DNA of 64,000 bases from Dimorphilus gyrociliatus (lineage: Eukaryota; Animalia; Annelida), in assembly GCA_904063045.1 (NCBI GenBank), contig CAJFCJ010000006.1, positions 4,666,408 through 4,730,407 of the forward strand, given 5' to 3'. This document shows positions 32,699 to 46,900 of the stretch, one piece after another. The position numbers and the translations under genes are program-made. The stretch's first letter is position 1. Each line of letters opens with the position of its first letter. The notes below the pieces were generated by a model. The model did not search any database. It was not told where the DNA came from and worked only from the letters and a program-made list of their open reading frames with translations.

Positions 32699-33751
32699 TT
32701 AAGACCATTCTTCGTTGTACTCATCAAGTAAATTTCGATCATGTTGTCTTCTTTTAGTACAATATTCCTCGTGAAATGAATTTGGAAATATAAGTCCTTT
32801 TTTAGGGTCGTTAGCGCAATCTATCTCAATTCCGTTTAGGGCAACAGTTCCATACACTTTCATTGATGCTAGGCAAATAGTACCCATTAAATGGCAAGAC
32901 CAGCCGCCTATTAGACTGTTTGGTAGGATATAATGTTTGCATAGATCCCAGGCGCCTCTCCAAGCCAAAAGGGTTATACCGGTGGCGATAAAATAAACTA
33001 TATTCTCATAGATTAATCTTATTATAATGTTATTGCTACATAATGCCGAAAGGTGACTTAGTAACGGTGAGACGAGGAGGAGGAGAAACATTCCACTGTA
33101 ACCTGATATTGCCGAAATCCAATCAGAGAGTAAGAGGTTTTGTGGATAAATAAATGCATCATAAATATTCCAAAAACCTCTCCAAATGAAGATGTTACTG
33201 CTTATAATTACATATTGACTGATAGCTACATCAATAAAGTACATATACGGTCGTTCATCAAAATCTATCCTAAAGGCCGTTGCACTTTCTAGCACCTGAT
33301 TATCGTCCACAGTAACAGAAAACGGGAGACCAACAGCTGTCCTAAAAGTTTTTGTGCAGCACATAACTATACTGGCAATAAGAAGTATAATTGTAGAATT
33401 TATCCATTTTTCCGAAAGATAAATATCAGTCAAGTTCCATAATCCTCTCCAGTAACCGAGATTTACTATCGAAATCACATATAAAAAAATTATTGTGTAT
33501 ATCTTGAAAGAATTTGAGTCCTTATCTAAATTATTAATATAAGGTTGTATAATATATCCAATTACAGCTAATACAGCTCCAATGATTAAAGTAATCTGAC
33601 TAGAAATGAGTTCGTGAGATGGATAAATGTAAAAGTCTAATAAATCCCATGTTCCTCTCCACCATAGCACAGCAAGAGGATGTAGTAGAAATGTTCCAGT
33701 GAATGAATCGGCAAAATTAAGTAAGCAGAGACAGCAGTAGTTCGAATTCAT
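32699..33751 (-). CDS. fusl: Fuseless-family multipass membrane protein, 350 aa, intronless
   Basis: Repeated WRG.W.L.D motifs (WWRGTWDLLDFYIYP, YWRGLWNLTD, IWRGFWNIYD, AWRGAWDL) separated by about eight hydrophobic helices. Confidence 0.85.
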   Translation of the reverse strand: MNSNYCCLCLLNFADSFTGTFLLHPLAVLWWRGTWDLLDFYIYPSHELISSQITLIIGAVLAVIGYIIQPYINNLDKDSNSFKIYTIIFLYVISIVNLGYWRGLWNLTDIYLSEKWINSTIILLIASIVMCCTKTFRTAVGLPFSVTVDDNQVLESATAFRIDFDERPYMYFIDVAISQYVIISSNIFIWRGFWNIYDAFIYPQNLLLSDWISAISGYSGMFLLLLVSPLLSHLSALCSNNIIIRLIYENIVYFIATGITLLAWRGAWDLCKHYILPNSLIGGWSCHLMGTICLASMKVYGTVALNGIEIDCANDPKKGLIFPNSFHEEYCTKRRQHDRNLLDEYNEEWS

Positions 33752-36359
33752 ATTATTCTATGTGATATTTTGGAAGTATATACGTTAACACCATAAGATG
33801 AAAAAGGGAAAAAAGTTATATTCACATCATATTCTTTCCGTGTATATGCTGATTTCTTGATATATACTTCTTTGTCTATATATGTTATATATATATATAT
33901 ATATAAATGTATAAATATATGTACAATTTATTAATATATATATCTATATCTATATAGAAAGATAGATTATTTTGGAAATGTAACCATACTAATCTAACTC
34001 AACAGCTGTTCCATACTGTTCGACATGTTTTTTTTATCAGTTACTATATCGTGCATTGTGCATTTAAATATTTTTTCTCTTCAATATGACGAGTGAAATA
34101 ATCGATTTTATATGAAATTAAAAAAAAAATAGTAACAAATATTAGGCTTACGACTTCCTATTCAATATATAATATACGATTAGCATAAAAAAAAGGCGGG
34201 GTGGGGGAGGGAGTGGACGAAATGAATTTTAGTATATATTATCCGTCTAACTATCTCTTTCCTATAGCTTGTAGGTATTTTGTCTATTGTTTATAATATG
34301 TCTACTGTAGAATCAATTATTTCATTCTATTTACAAATGTTGTTCTTTTTCTTTTTATATATTTATAAAATAGATTTAAATAGTTTAACAACTTTTTAAT
34401 TATCTTGTTTAACTATTTTTGAATTATTTATAAAGTGAATTCATTTGCAAGTGATGAATTGAAGAACGACGTTGTGCTGAAATCATTCGAACCGGGTCAT
34501 TGAACGTTATATATTGGGAAACAATGTAATAAAATTGCTTTAAAAGAGTTAAGTTCTATATTAGATATAGACCTAGAGGAGTTTACTTTTCGCTGTCTAT
34601 TTAAGTTTAGACAGCTCAATCAATAATCAAATGTCCTAAAAGTGCTGAGTTAGTTAAATATCAGTCGATTTTTGTAAGTATTTAACTAAAATATTTCCTC
34701 ATTTTGATTAAATATTGAGTGCATAAATAAGGGAACTGTATCCTTTATTTTTGTTTCCTCTTGACTCCTCTTGTCTTATTCGATGAAATCTTCACTCAGC
34801 AGCAAAATACAATGTTTAAACAAGAAATTGTTCATGAAATATTCAAAAGAAGATAGAAAAAGAAGAGATAAAAAACAGACAAAAAAAATAAACCAACACC
34901 CCCACGCATGCAAACATAAATTCTTACACTTTTTCTCCCATCTTTTGACATTCTTAATGTCAGCCTTGATTAAAGTGATAAAACATGGATTAGCAATTTC
35001 CGGAATATTTTCCCTTTTTAGATAGATTAGTGTGAAATATTTTGCAATGAGTTTTTATCAATCATTATAGATTTCTTTAATTAAAATACAGTATATCATC
35101 ATATATTAGAATGCATACAATTAGGAATAAATTGACTAAGATCGAAGATAATTAAAGTATAAGATACTTTGTTTAAAATTTCATTTTGCACCTAATATTA
35201 GTATATATGTTATATAACTGAAAATGAGTAACGGATAGTTCGTTATTGATAATAACCTATATTTAGATAGATTTTCTTTTATTAATCAAATGAACGATTA
35301 ATAAGTAAATTTTTATGACGAAAACTCTATTTATCGTCTTTGTTAAATAGTGAAAGGAATCTGAAAACAAATTTTACATAAGAACAAGTTTCTATTAGAA
35401 GAACTCATATGTAGTAAATAAGAGAATAATAAATATTCATAAAGAAATACATTATAATACGTTCATTAACATATCAACAATTCTAAATAGAATAGTGTAA
35501 CCGGAATAACTCTGATATACGTCATAAAGTATGAACTGAATAGCCTTACCTAATTTTAATCCTACTATTCAAGCCAATTCTAAGAATAACTGAGATGACT
35601 TTTTTTATAATAATATTTGCTTTGATTGTGTTTATATAAAAGATTTAATAGGACTTAATTTTTTAAGTAGTTTCAAATCATTTACTTTATCCATATTATT
35701 CCTTAAGGGTAATTGATACAATATAATCAATAATTAATATTTAATAAATATATATTAAATACGCATTGTATTAAATATAAATATAAATCTTTACTTTGTA
35801 GTTACTATTATCCAATGTACTTAATTGAGAAACATAATTCTTCTTATCAACTCACTGTTATTGCCTCATAAAAATGAAACTGTTTAGAGATAATGATCAA
35901 GTTAAAAGTTAAACGATTTTTTTATAATAACTGGGAAATAACGATAAATCTTCTGCTTTAGAAAAGGAATAATAAAAGTTCTGTGTCCTTGACAATTTTC
36001 ATGTTTAGTTCAAATTTAGGATGAAGATAGGAAAAGTTTGAAGCTTAATTCATTTAAAACAAAAGAAAAGCATCCTTCCTACTGATGATCTTGAACTAGG
36101 AATTAGGCTGATTTACAAATGTTATAGGCGGACGAGGATTTGACAATCAGAGGACCCATTCTAATATGTACGTTTTAAATGAGCACGTAGTCATGTTTGT
36201 TCTCCTATCCTTAGAGAAATTCTTTCAGTTCAGATTATACTTAACATCGAGGGTCTTTCATTTTGTTCTCATATTATAATCAGGGGCGTTGGTTTTTTTT
36301 ATATCAAGAGTTCAACACCTACGCAGTTTGTTTGATAAATATTACATATTAAATATTAA

Positions 36360-37261
36360 NNNNNNNNNNNNNNNNNNNNNNNNNNNNNNNNNNNNNNNNN
36401 NNNNNNNNNNNNNNNNNNNNNNNNNNNNNNNNNNNNNNNNNNNNNNNNNNNNNNNNNNNNNNNNNNNNNNNNNNNNNNNNNNNNNNNNNNNNNNNNNNNN
36501 NNNNNNNNNNNNNNNNNNNNNNNNNNNNNNNNNNNNNNNNNNNNNNNNNNNNNNNNNNNNNNNNNNNNNNNNNNNNNNNNNNNNNNNNNNNNNNNNNNNN
36601 NNNNNNNNNNNNNNNNNNNNNNNNNNNNNNNNNNNNNNNNNNNNNNNNNNNNNNNNNNNNNNNNNNNNNNNNNNNNNNNNNNNNNNNNNNNNNNNNNNNN
36701 NNNNNNNNNNNNNNNNNNNNNNNNNNNNNNNNNNNNNNNNNNNNNNNNNNNNNNNNNNNNNNNNNNNNNNNNNNNNNNNNNNNNNNNNNNNNNNNNNNNN
36801 NNNNNNNNNNNNNNNNNNNNNNNNNNNNNNNNNNNNNNNNNNNNNNNNNNNNNNNNNNNNNNNNNNNNNNNNNNNNNNNNNNNNNNNNNNNNNNNNNNNN
36901 NNNNNNNNNNNNNNNNNNNNNNNNNNNNNNNNNNNNNNNNNNNNNNNNNNNNNNNNNNNNNNNNNNNNNNNNNNNNNNNNNNNNNNNNNNNNNNNNNNNN
37001 NNNNNNNNNNNNNNNNNNNNNNNNNNNNNNNNNNNNNNNNNNNNNNNNNNNNNNNNNNNNNNNNNNNNNNNNNNNNNNNNNNNNNNNNNNNNNNNNNNNN
37101 NNNNNNNNNNNNNNNNNNNNNNNNNNNNNNNNNNNNNNNNNNNNNNNNNNNNNNNNNNNNNNNNNNNNNNNNNNNNNNNNNNNNNNNNNNNNNNNNNNNN
37201 NNNNNNNNNNNNNNNNNNNNNNNNNNNNNNNNNNNNNNNNNNNNNNNNNNNNNNNNNNNNN
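36360..37261. other. Assembly gap (902 N)
   Basis: Run of N characters. Confidence 1.
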
Positions 37262-37990
37262 CAAAAAGTAACATTCTAGACAATTTTTCTTTTATCTATA
37301 ACACTTTTATATTTATCAAAGCGGTTATATTTCTCAACGAAGAAGTAATAACTTAATATCATAATTTAATTTTTAAACGTTTAACTGAATACGACTACTT
37401 TTATTGTTGATCAAAGCTTAACTTTAGGTTTGGATACATCTATTTATATTTACTTTTCTTCAACTTGATGGCTTTTTTATAGCTTTCTGTACACTTTTTG
37501 ACTTGTTAGTTGTTTAACGGCTTTACTCGACATTTACTTTCCTTATTACTTCCTAACTTTGTAATAAAATAAATATTCTACTGTAATAAGAAAAGAAATA
37601 GTACTTCTTATTATGTAATAAATTAGGAAAGAATATCTTCTTCATATTCTCTTTAAATCAGCTAACTTTAGTCTCTTAAATAACTTTTGTCAGATTTTTT
37701 TTTCATTTTATATAACAACTTTTTCAACTGTATCTCGATCACAAAAAACTTTTTTCATCATATTTGTATATGTAATCCACTTTTCCAATATTATGAAATC
37801 TCTGAAAACAACTAGTATTAGTTTTTTGAATATCTTCTGAATATGCTCTTCTGTATAGAAAAAAAATCAACGTCATAGTGTAAACATTAAAATTTTATTT
37901 AGCCTCCAGTACTTTGTTAATAAATTTTGTTTGATTATATTAGTAATGTGTATACTTTCTTTTTGTATTCAAAGTTTTCTTCATTTTTAG

Positions 37991-40900
37991 TTCAACTTGA
38001 AAGATTTTGGTATGGAAAGCAAGATGTTCAACCTGCTGAGAATAACATTCTTAAAACTCATTCTTGGCGTGCTCATATGGTTTTATTACCAGATTATGAG
38101 ATACAAGAGAGTGGGTACATTTCTGAATGGAAATTTAAAGTATCTTGGTATGGAAATGTGTTCATTTCAATTTGGCGAGATGCTGGACAGGGTAAACTTC
38201 GATTCATCGGCCAAGTTCATAGATTGATAAGATCCAAGCAAGTTGGTTCCATTGTTACAATTAGTGGTGCAACTGAGAGATCATTTAAAGTGCAAAAAGG
38301 CGATCTTATCGCTATAGGACATTGGGGTTTAACAAAGCACAGTATAATACCTACAACTTTTGGAAAATGTACTAAAAATGTTAAGCTCATTCACACTGGT
38401 CTAACTTTAGCCTTTTTGAACTCGAGGACTACTTTATCCTTTAATCCAGTACCAGGGGATAATGGTTGCAGATCTTACGAATTAGGCATTCAAGTTGTGA
38501 GACCAAAGAATGCACATTGGGGAGAGCCTGTGGCTCGATGGGGCATATCTGCCCACAACTGGGTTACAAATTACCACAGTCATAATTTCGAAAGCTGTCT
38601 TGTTCTCTGTATGGTAGAAAATACTTTCGACTGTAAAGGCATTGACAATAGACTCGGAGACTGTCAATTGAACAACATTACTCTGCAAGAGGCTAAAGAT
38701 CTCGGTATGTGGTCTGGAAAGTGGAGGACGTATACATATCAAGAACTTATATATAAAGAAGGCCCTGTAGAGCCACCACCCCCTCCTGTGATAGAGGCAT
38801 GTGATAACACAGAGAGCCTAGGACCAATTGCAAAACTTCATCCAGCTGATACAACTATTAGCAGACAACTCCAGATTTATATTCTTTCACCTTTTAAATG
38901 TGTAGGATTGATAACGAAGTGGGAATTTTACGCTAAAGTTCCTGGCTTCGTTTACCTCTCAGTATGGAGAAAGCGAAATAATGTCTGGAAGCTTGTCAAA
39001 AGTAACAAAGTAGAAGCAACCTCTACCGGAAAACAAATAATTGAAATTGCAGAAGACGATCAAATAAGAGCAAAAGAAGGAGACGTTATCGGCTTTTATT
39101 ACGACAATGATCCAGATGCAACTGAAGGTGTAATAAGTTACGTTCAAAAGAGTGATGACAATATCAACTTATGCTGCGATCTAAAGCAGGAAGATTTGTA
39201 TCCTCTCCATACAGGAACAATTTTTGCCGATACAATCGAGAACTATGACGGATCCGACAATCCGGATCCAGTTATAACTCGTGCAGCAGCTATAAAGGCT
39301 CATCTGTTCCCCACAGCGGAATATTCTGGATTTTTTCCTCTAGATGAATGCCATACCAATGATGACGGTGATGTTACCGATGTAACAATCAATAATAATT
39401 TGGGAAAACCACAAAATATAGAATTTGTTGAAGGCTCAGACGGCAATAAATTTGGGGCTAGCTATTTTGATGGAAAGGCCGAAAACTTTATTGAAATCGA
39501 AGAAAGTCAGAGTTTAGATACTAAACTTGGAATAACAATCATGATTGATATCTATCCTGAAACTAGGACGGGAATTATCGCTAAATATAGCGAAGGACCA
39601 AATGGAGGAATTGAATTGATGATCAGATCAGGCAAAATATTCTTCCGCTTAGTTGAAAGGGGTAAAGAATATGGATCGAATGAATTTCTCATAAGCAAAT
39701 CAGTTATTACCCAAAAAACTTGGACCCATGTATCAGTAACTTACGAACCAGTTTCTAAAACGGGAACTATCTATATAAACGGAAAGAAAGACGCTACACA
39801 TACTTTTCAAACAGCAAGAGAGTTGGCTACTGAAGGAAACATTCGACTTGGCTCTTATCCAGGAGACAATAGATATTTTGCTGGTAGAATGTCTTGCCTT
39901 AGAATTTGGAGCTCAGCACTAAACGAAGAGGCAATCGAAAAAGAAAAGCAGTGTCGCATTCGTAAGATAAATAGACATAATATGTTTTTTATTATAGCAT
40001 TAACAGTTTTTTATTCTTTTACTTTTAGCCTATCCTCTCCTAGAGGAACATCCTTTAATTAAAGCAAAAATTGAAGATGCCGTTATTGTTAAAGACAATC
40101 TTACTTTACGTTGTGATTTTGTTCCGAAACCGGAGAAAGATAGTAGATATCAAATTGTATGGTACATGACAAATGACACAAAGATGGAGAAAATCCATTC
40201 TGAGTGGATTGATAATCTGGATCCATTGGTTGACAAAACAGCCACAGCCTTTTTAACAGCTGAAACTCACCTTAAATATCCTGAGCTTCTTTCTCAAGGG
40301 GTACAATGTAGAGTCTTTACTTGCTATAAAGACGAATGCGGCGGAGAAATTGAAAGCTGTGGAAAGAGGAGTAAAGTCCTTAAACCAGAGATTACCGTAA
40401 TCATTAGAATTTATTAATAAATAAGGTCTATAAAAAGCTTTAATCATTCCAAATAGATGACAACCAAAGGTCCATTCACTTTAGAAGAAGGTGGAGATAC
40501 ACAAACAATAGAATTTAAATGCTCACTCCCTCCCTCCGTTGTTTGTGATTTGGCCGAAGAATGTTCAATTAAGGTAAATTAAAGAAATCTACTATAAATA
40601 AAATGTTTTTGAACAAATAAAAAACATTCATAAATATTATAGATTGAATTTGAAATGACCGAGATTAATAAAGAACAAGTATGTCCATTCTCTAATGCTA
40701 TTTTGCCTCAAGTTGTCGTTGAAGAACCTCAATCGGAATTTTATACATCATGTGGAGTTATTGTAAATAATTTAAATTGGCATAAATCTTTAAGGTTCGT
40801 ATCAATGAATTAATAAAAGATATGCTGTATATATAATATTTAAAATTCATTTCTATTGCAGTCTTAAAATTAGAGCGACGATTGATAATATAATTGATAA

Positions 40901-43900
40901 AGACGTAAAACGTGAAATTAAATTTAAACAAGTGTATATAACTAAAACTAAAGTTCACACGGGTATTGTGTTTGCTAGTAGCGAGGTGACTATTATTGAC
41001 AGAGATAGGAGAAATCATCTTTGTCGATCTGTTAATGATCCTCATATGACTACTTTCGATGGAAACTTTTATAATAATCATTTGGAAGGAGAATTTGTAC
41101 TTTATAGACACAAAATTTTACCATATGCCGTTCATACTTTCTACAGACCTTGTAGTTTCCGCCGAGGTGCTACATGTAATTGTGCTGTTGCTATTAAGGC
41201 TGTTGATGATGTAATAATCCTTGATAGATGTGGTCCCTTCGCTGCCAAAGGACATGGCAGTAGAAAACCTCTAATGATTGATGTATTTAGAAATGGTGAA
41301 ATGACTTACGGGTTTAATATTGTCCAATTCGGCGGCGGAAAGAAGTATAAAATTTTCTTGCCTACCGGAACATCAGTTGTAGTTATGCTAAATCGTGGTT
41401 ATCTAAATGTATGGGTCAGTCCTTCAACAGCTGATTATAGTCGATCAGAAGGTCTCTGTGGTCTCTACGATCATGATAAGAGTAATGATTTGTCTGATAA
41501 GGATGGAAATATACTTGGTATTGGTGCTTTTAATAAATATTGGAGGTATATGACTTAATTTAAAAGAGGTTTTATTATAATTATTAACATATCTAAAACT
41601 ATCTTCCAGAGTTAAAGACGAAGATTCTCTATATAGAGGAGTATGTTCTGATCCAACAGTTAGCGATGAGGTTCATAGTCTTAGCAATGAAAAATATTGC
41701 TCTTGCGGTTCCTCATCTCCAACTAAATGTGAACTTGGTTTACATCTTCTACCTTGTTATTCTAAACCAAAAGTTGTGAAGGGCGTTTATGCTTGGACTA
41801 AATCAGTTGGTAGAATGATAAAGAATGCCAAGAAAATTTTACCAGATGTCCTTTCTTTGGCGAAATGTCAAGAATTCTGTTTACATGAGAAAGAATTTAC
41901 TTGCTTATCAGTCAGTTATAGAGAACGTTCAACTGAAAAGGATTGTCATCTTAATGATATTGAGAAGGAAAATGCAGGTGATAAATGGTCTGACGAAGAT
42001 AGGTCTTTCGATTATTATGGGTTTGAAAAATTAGGAGGTTAATAAGTGCTATTATTTTAATTGGATAAATTAATTAATATAGCTATTATTAACAGCTTTG
42101 GGTCAATCTAACATAAGAGGAGGAGTTGATGTCACAGAATCATATCTGCTTAAGTCTGTCGAGCCTGAGTGGTGCCCAAGTACAGAAAACGATACAGCTG
42201 GAGACAGAGAAAAGTTTGAACACGATCCAAATGCAGAGTACACCGAGCCTGACGACTTTCCAAATGGTCTAACAGAGGAAGATGTTACCATCAAATGTGA
42301 AGATTTAATATTAACAAGCTCCATATCAAAAGGATGCGAAAAAGTTACAATTGAGAAAGCGCAAGCCATAAAAAATTGCGTTGCGGATTACAAAGTGACA
42401 GGTGATTTCATCTGGGCATTTGCCGCAATAGATTCCCTTAGAGAGCAATGTAGAGATGAGCTAGACAGAGATCCATCTCTTTGGAAAAACGAATCAGGCA
42501 TATTCGTACCTGATCCAGAAATTGGTAATCAACTTTGCTTCTCTGATTGCATGCAAAGGGGAAAGTGTATAAATGGTAAATTTTATTTTAATATATTACT
42601 CAAAAAGCGTCTAATCTTCTCCATCATTAAACACTTAAAACAGCTACTTGCAAATGCGACGATGGTTGGTTGGGCGTAGATTGCTCTATCGCAGAAAATG
42701 ATGCTCCAGTTGTAGATACAATAGCAGATGGTGGTAGCTGCAATAATTTGGCTGGTTCATGTAATACAATTGAAATACTCGGTAATGGTTTTGTCGATAC
42801 GACAAATCTTATTTGTCGAATGGAAAAAATAGAGGTTTGTATTAGAAACAAAATAATTATATATCATTCATCAGAAAGTTTATCTATATCTCATGCATTT
42901 TTTTCGTTTGTCAGATTTCTGCGACAACCATTAAGAGAACCAATGATATTACTACAGTTAAATCAGTCTACATTTCAGAATCGAGAATTGAATGCGTTAT
43001 CACTACACAGCAGGTTAACTCTATAAGCTATGCCGTGACCATCAGTAATAATAATGGAAAGAATATCAGTAACGAAGTTATCTTCTTCGTTTATAATTCC
43101 GATTGTATGGAATGCGATTTGAAAAATAGAACATGCGTTGACAAAGTTGACACTTGCGTTATTAATAGCATCTGCTATAGAAAAGGAGATATTAATCCCC
43201 TTTCCAAAACAGAAATGTGTGATCCAGATAAAAATAGAAACGACTGGACAATCGACGATAGATTATCTATTGTACTTCTTCAAGCTTTTGACAAATGTCA
43301 TCCTGGAGAGGATTTGTCACCCACTGCAGCAAATGCTGAACATTATAAGGTGGAGAGCTCAGATGAGAGTCCACCTGGTTCCTTCGGTGGTTCAGCTTTC
43401 TTCGATGGAAAGAGTGACCACTACGTAAAAGTTCCCAATAGTGGTGGACCTGTAGACGTCAAATTTTCTATTACACTATCTTTCTACGTAAAGCCAACAA
43501 AATTACAAAATAGTAACATATTCCAATTCATAGAGCCAGGAGGTATATAAACTATTACTTTATTGAACCAGGGATGAATAAATTTACATCTTTTATTATA
43601 GAAACCCGCCCAAGAGGAGTCCATATTTTCTTACAGAGATCTGGCAGGAATCTGAAAATTTTGACTCAGCTCTATGCAAGAGAATCTAATAACATACTCC
43701 GTAGACTTACACCTAAAGGCGTAACTACTGTTGAAGTGAACGAGTGGACTCATGTTACAGTTACTTTTGACTATAAAACTAGCGCCTTATCTATTTATAA
43801 GGATGGTGAAAAAGCTTCCACAGTACAGGTTAAATATTTATTCCTTATAACTTAAATATATAATAATACATTAAAACATATTCTCTATATATTTCCATTT

Positions 43901-46900
43901 CTCTTTAGATAAGAGAAAAGAAACTTTTATCAACATTCAACCCTGTTTATTTCGGATATGATAGATTCAGGAGTAGACGATTTGTCGGTTATTTGTCTTG
44001 TTTCCAAATACACAGGAGAAGCCTGGATGAGGCTGATGTCAAAAGATTAATGAAGTGTCCAGTTGGTAAGTGTATTTTTAAGAAATTGTAGAAACTTCTT
44101 TTTTAATAAAATAAAACATTTTGTTCTAGCTTTCCCTGTTTTAAAAGAGAGTCCAAAAGTTTCTGTTACTGCTGTAAATGTAACAAATGGCGACACAACT
44201 ACTCTTGAAAGAGCTCTACAATGCAGGTTTGTCTCCATCTTTAAGATGGTTGAATACAATAATAAAAACTATTTGAACATAAACATTATTAAAAATTTTT
44301 TAAAGCTTTCCTGCCGTTGAAAATGCTCAAGCTGATGTTCAATTTAAACTTGAATGGCAAATTGGTGGTCATACTGTCAAATCAGCAGCTTTAACCCAAT
44401 TGCAACAATCTACTGATGGTATTGAACACATTTTACTCTTTAGCGAAATGAAAAATCGCAAATTGACAAATGGAGTTGTTTGCACTGTTCAACCCTGTTA
44501 TGATGATAATTGTAATTGCAAAGCTCAATCGGAAACTTTTAAACCAATTGTTAAGGTAGGATTTTTTCAATAATTCATATTAAATGCTAACGTTATTCTT
44601 TGCTTGTAGGTCACAACAGAGGGTCCTATTAGTCTCTACGAGGGTAAAGAAAGTGCATTTTTAAAGATTGAAGCTAACTTACCTCCAACATATCTATGTT
44701 CTGACGAAGATTGCGTTGTTAAAATCGAAGCTTTTGTTGTTTCTAGGGGTAGGGAATACCGTTGTCCTAAACCACCAAGGAATTACTATCCTCAAGCTGT
44801 CGTTGGTTGGGGAGATTCTGATATACGATTCGCCCATTGCGGTATTACCATTACGGAAGATTCGTTTGATAATTTACCATCTATACCTATCAGAGCAACA
44901 GCAGATAGAATAATAGATAGATTAGCTATCAGAAGTTTAAAAATTTATAGACGCCACTATGTAAAGAAATTGGTTGTTTGGGAAACTCTAATAAAAACAA
45001 TTGAACTTAAAATTTACAATACCGACCATTTTGCCCAATGTAAGAGTTTTAATGATCCGCATATTACAACATTTGATGGAAGGTAAAGTACTGATTAACT
45101 TAAAAAATAATAAATATTTAACAATCTCATAACATTTGTAGAAAATATGACAACCATTACGAAGGTGAATTTATTCTATATAAACACAAAACTCTACCTT
45201 ATGCCGTAAGTTTGTTAAATCTATTGAATGTTAATATTCTTTAAAATATTAAATCTTATTTTGAACTAAAAGGTTCACGCCTTCTATCGAAAATGCTCTA
45301 CAAATCCTAAGTCATATGTAACTTGTAATTGCGCCGTTGCCGTTAGATCCGGTGATGACGTTATCGTCTTTGACCGTTGTGGCGCTAAACGTGACAAGAG
45401 TAATAAGAATATCGAAATTAAATTTTACAAAAATGGGCCATTGACAACTGGAACAAGGATAATAAGTCAGCATGGTGGAAAAAAATATCAAGTAATACTG
45501 CCAACTGGAACTGTTATAAATGTACTAACCAGCTTTAGCAAATTTGTAAACATTTTAATCGTTGCTTCCTCTGATGATTACGATAATACTCAAGGTCTCT
45601 GTGGTACTTATAATAATGAGAGAAGTGATGATTTTACAAAGAGAGATGGCTCTCTTCTTACTACTACTTCAAGGAAACCCAATGTTTTCTCAGTATCATG
45701 GAGGTAAGATAGCTAACGTTTTAAATTTACTGATCTAATATCATATCTTTCCCTCAATAGAGTAACAAAAGAAGAATCAATTTACTATGGTTTATGCGCT
45801 GATAAATTGACACCTGCAGATAAAATAATACCTAAAATATATTGTCATTGCCAAGAGGGTAGGAAGACAAAAGATCAGAGTTGCGGTTTCAGCTATGATA
45901 CCAGTCTTTGTACACCACTAGGTAAACGTCTTCAATTGTCAATTATTTCCTTTTTAATTTAATAAATATTGTGCTTAGGCAAAGATATATCGGGAAGCTT
46001 GAAAGTCTTCAAATCAAAGTGTGTTATTGAAGCGGAAGATGAATTTGAATTTGATCCTGAGGAACCTAAAGATAACAAATGGGAAGATGGAGGTTTGACT
46101 GAAAAAGAGGCTAGAGACGCTTGTACTCAACGTCTAGAGAATTCTCAAGTCCATAAAATTTGCTTCCCGAAATTTTTATTTAAGAGCGAAAAAACTGATT
46201 TAATTACTGATTGCATTAATGACGTTCAGGCTGCAGGAGACGATCAATGGGCAGGAGCAATAGTAGAAGCTGCCAAAGAAATTTGTGAACAAAGAACTGA
46301 AACTGATACAGATAAATGGGATGGAAAAGATGATCCTCCACCAAATATTGTAGAGAATTTGTGCTTGAACGAATGCTCTGGAAATGGAGTTTGCAAAAAT
46401 AGTATTTGTAAATGCGAAGCTGATTTCACAGGTGCTGATTGTTCTGAAGAGGTCGGTAAACCTCCAAAAATTACTTCCGAATATGTTCATTGCGATCTCT
46501 CCAAATCGGATTGCTCGAGTATTGTTATTGAAGGGGAAGAATTTGTTGATTCTGATACTTTAGCCTGTAAATTTATTGAAGTTACTGTTAGAAAGGGTTT
46601 AAAATGGATTCTAACGAGAAAAATTCAGACTAGTGCTGCTACTTTAATAGTTGAAGGAAAAGTTCAATGCGTGGTTCCCGATAAGAGTAAACATTATGTA
46701 GTTACAGTAACAAATGATGGTGAAAAATTTGCAACTAAACTCATAATCGTCATCATTTTCAACTCGATATGTACTGATTGTAATAAAGAGACTGGATGGT
46801 GCAGCCAGAAACCTTCCGGTGGTTGCCTGATCTTGAATAAATGTTATGGGCCAGGTGTACGAAATCCAAAAGATGACAGACTAGAATGTCAACCTACAAC

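Noticed and set aside
34440-34510. GTGATGA box-C-like motif, TGAAGAACG (5.8S-like) and GGTTCGAAT T-loop-like (minus strand) sequences
   Set aside because: No box D at a proper distance, no colinear 5.8S match, and no T-stem or cloverleaf.
36289-37356. Three long ORFs in the track
   Set aside because: Artefacts of the 902-N assembly gap.
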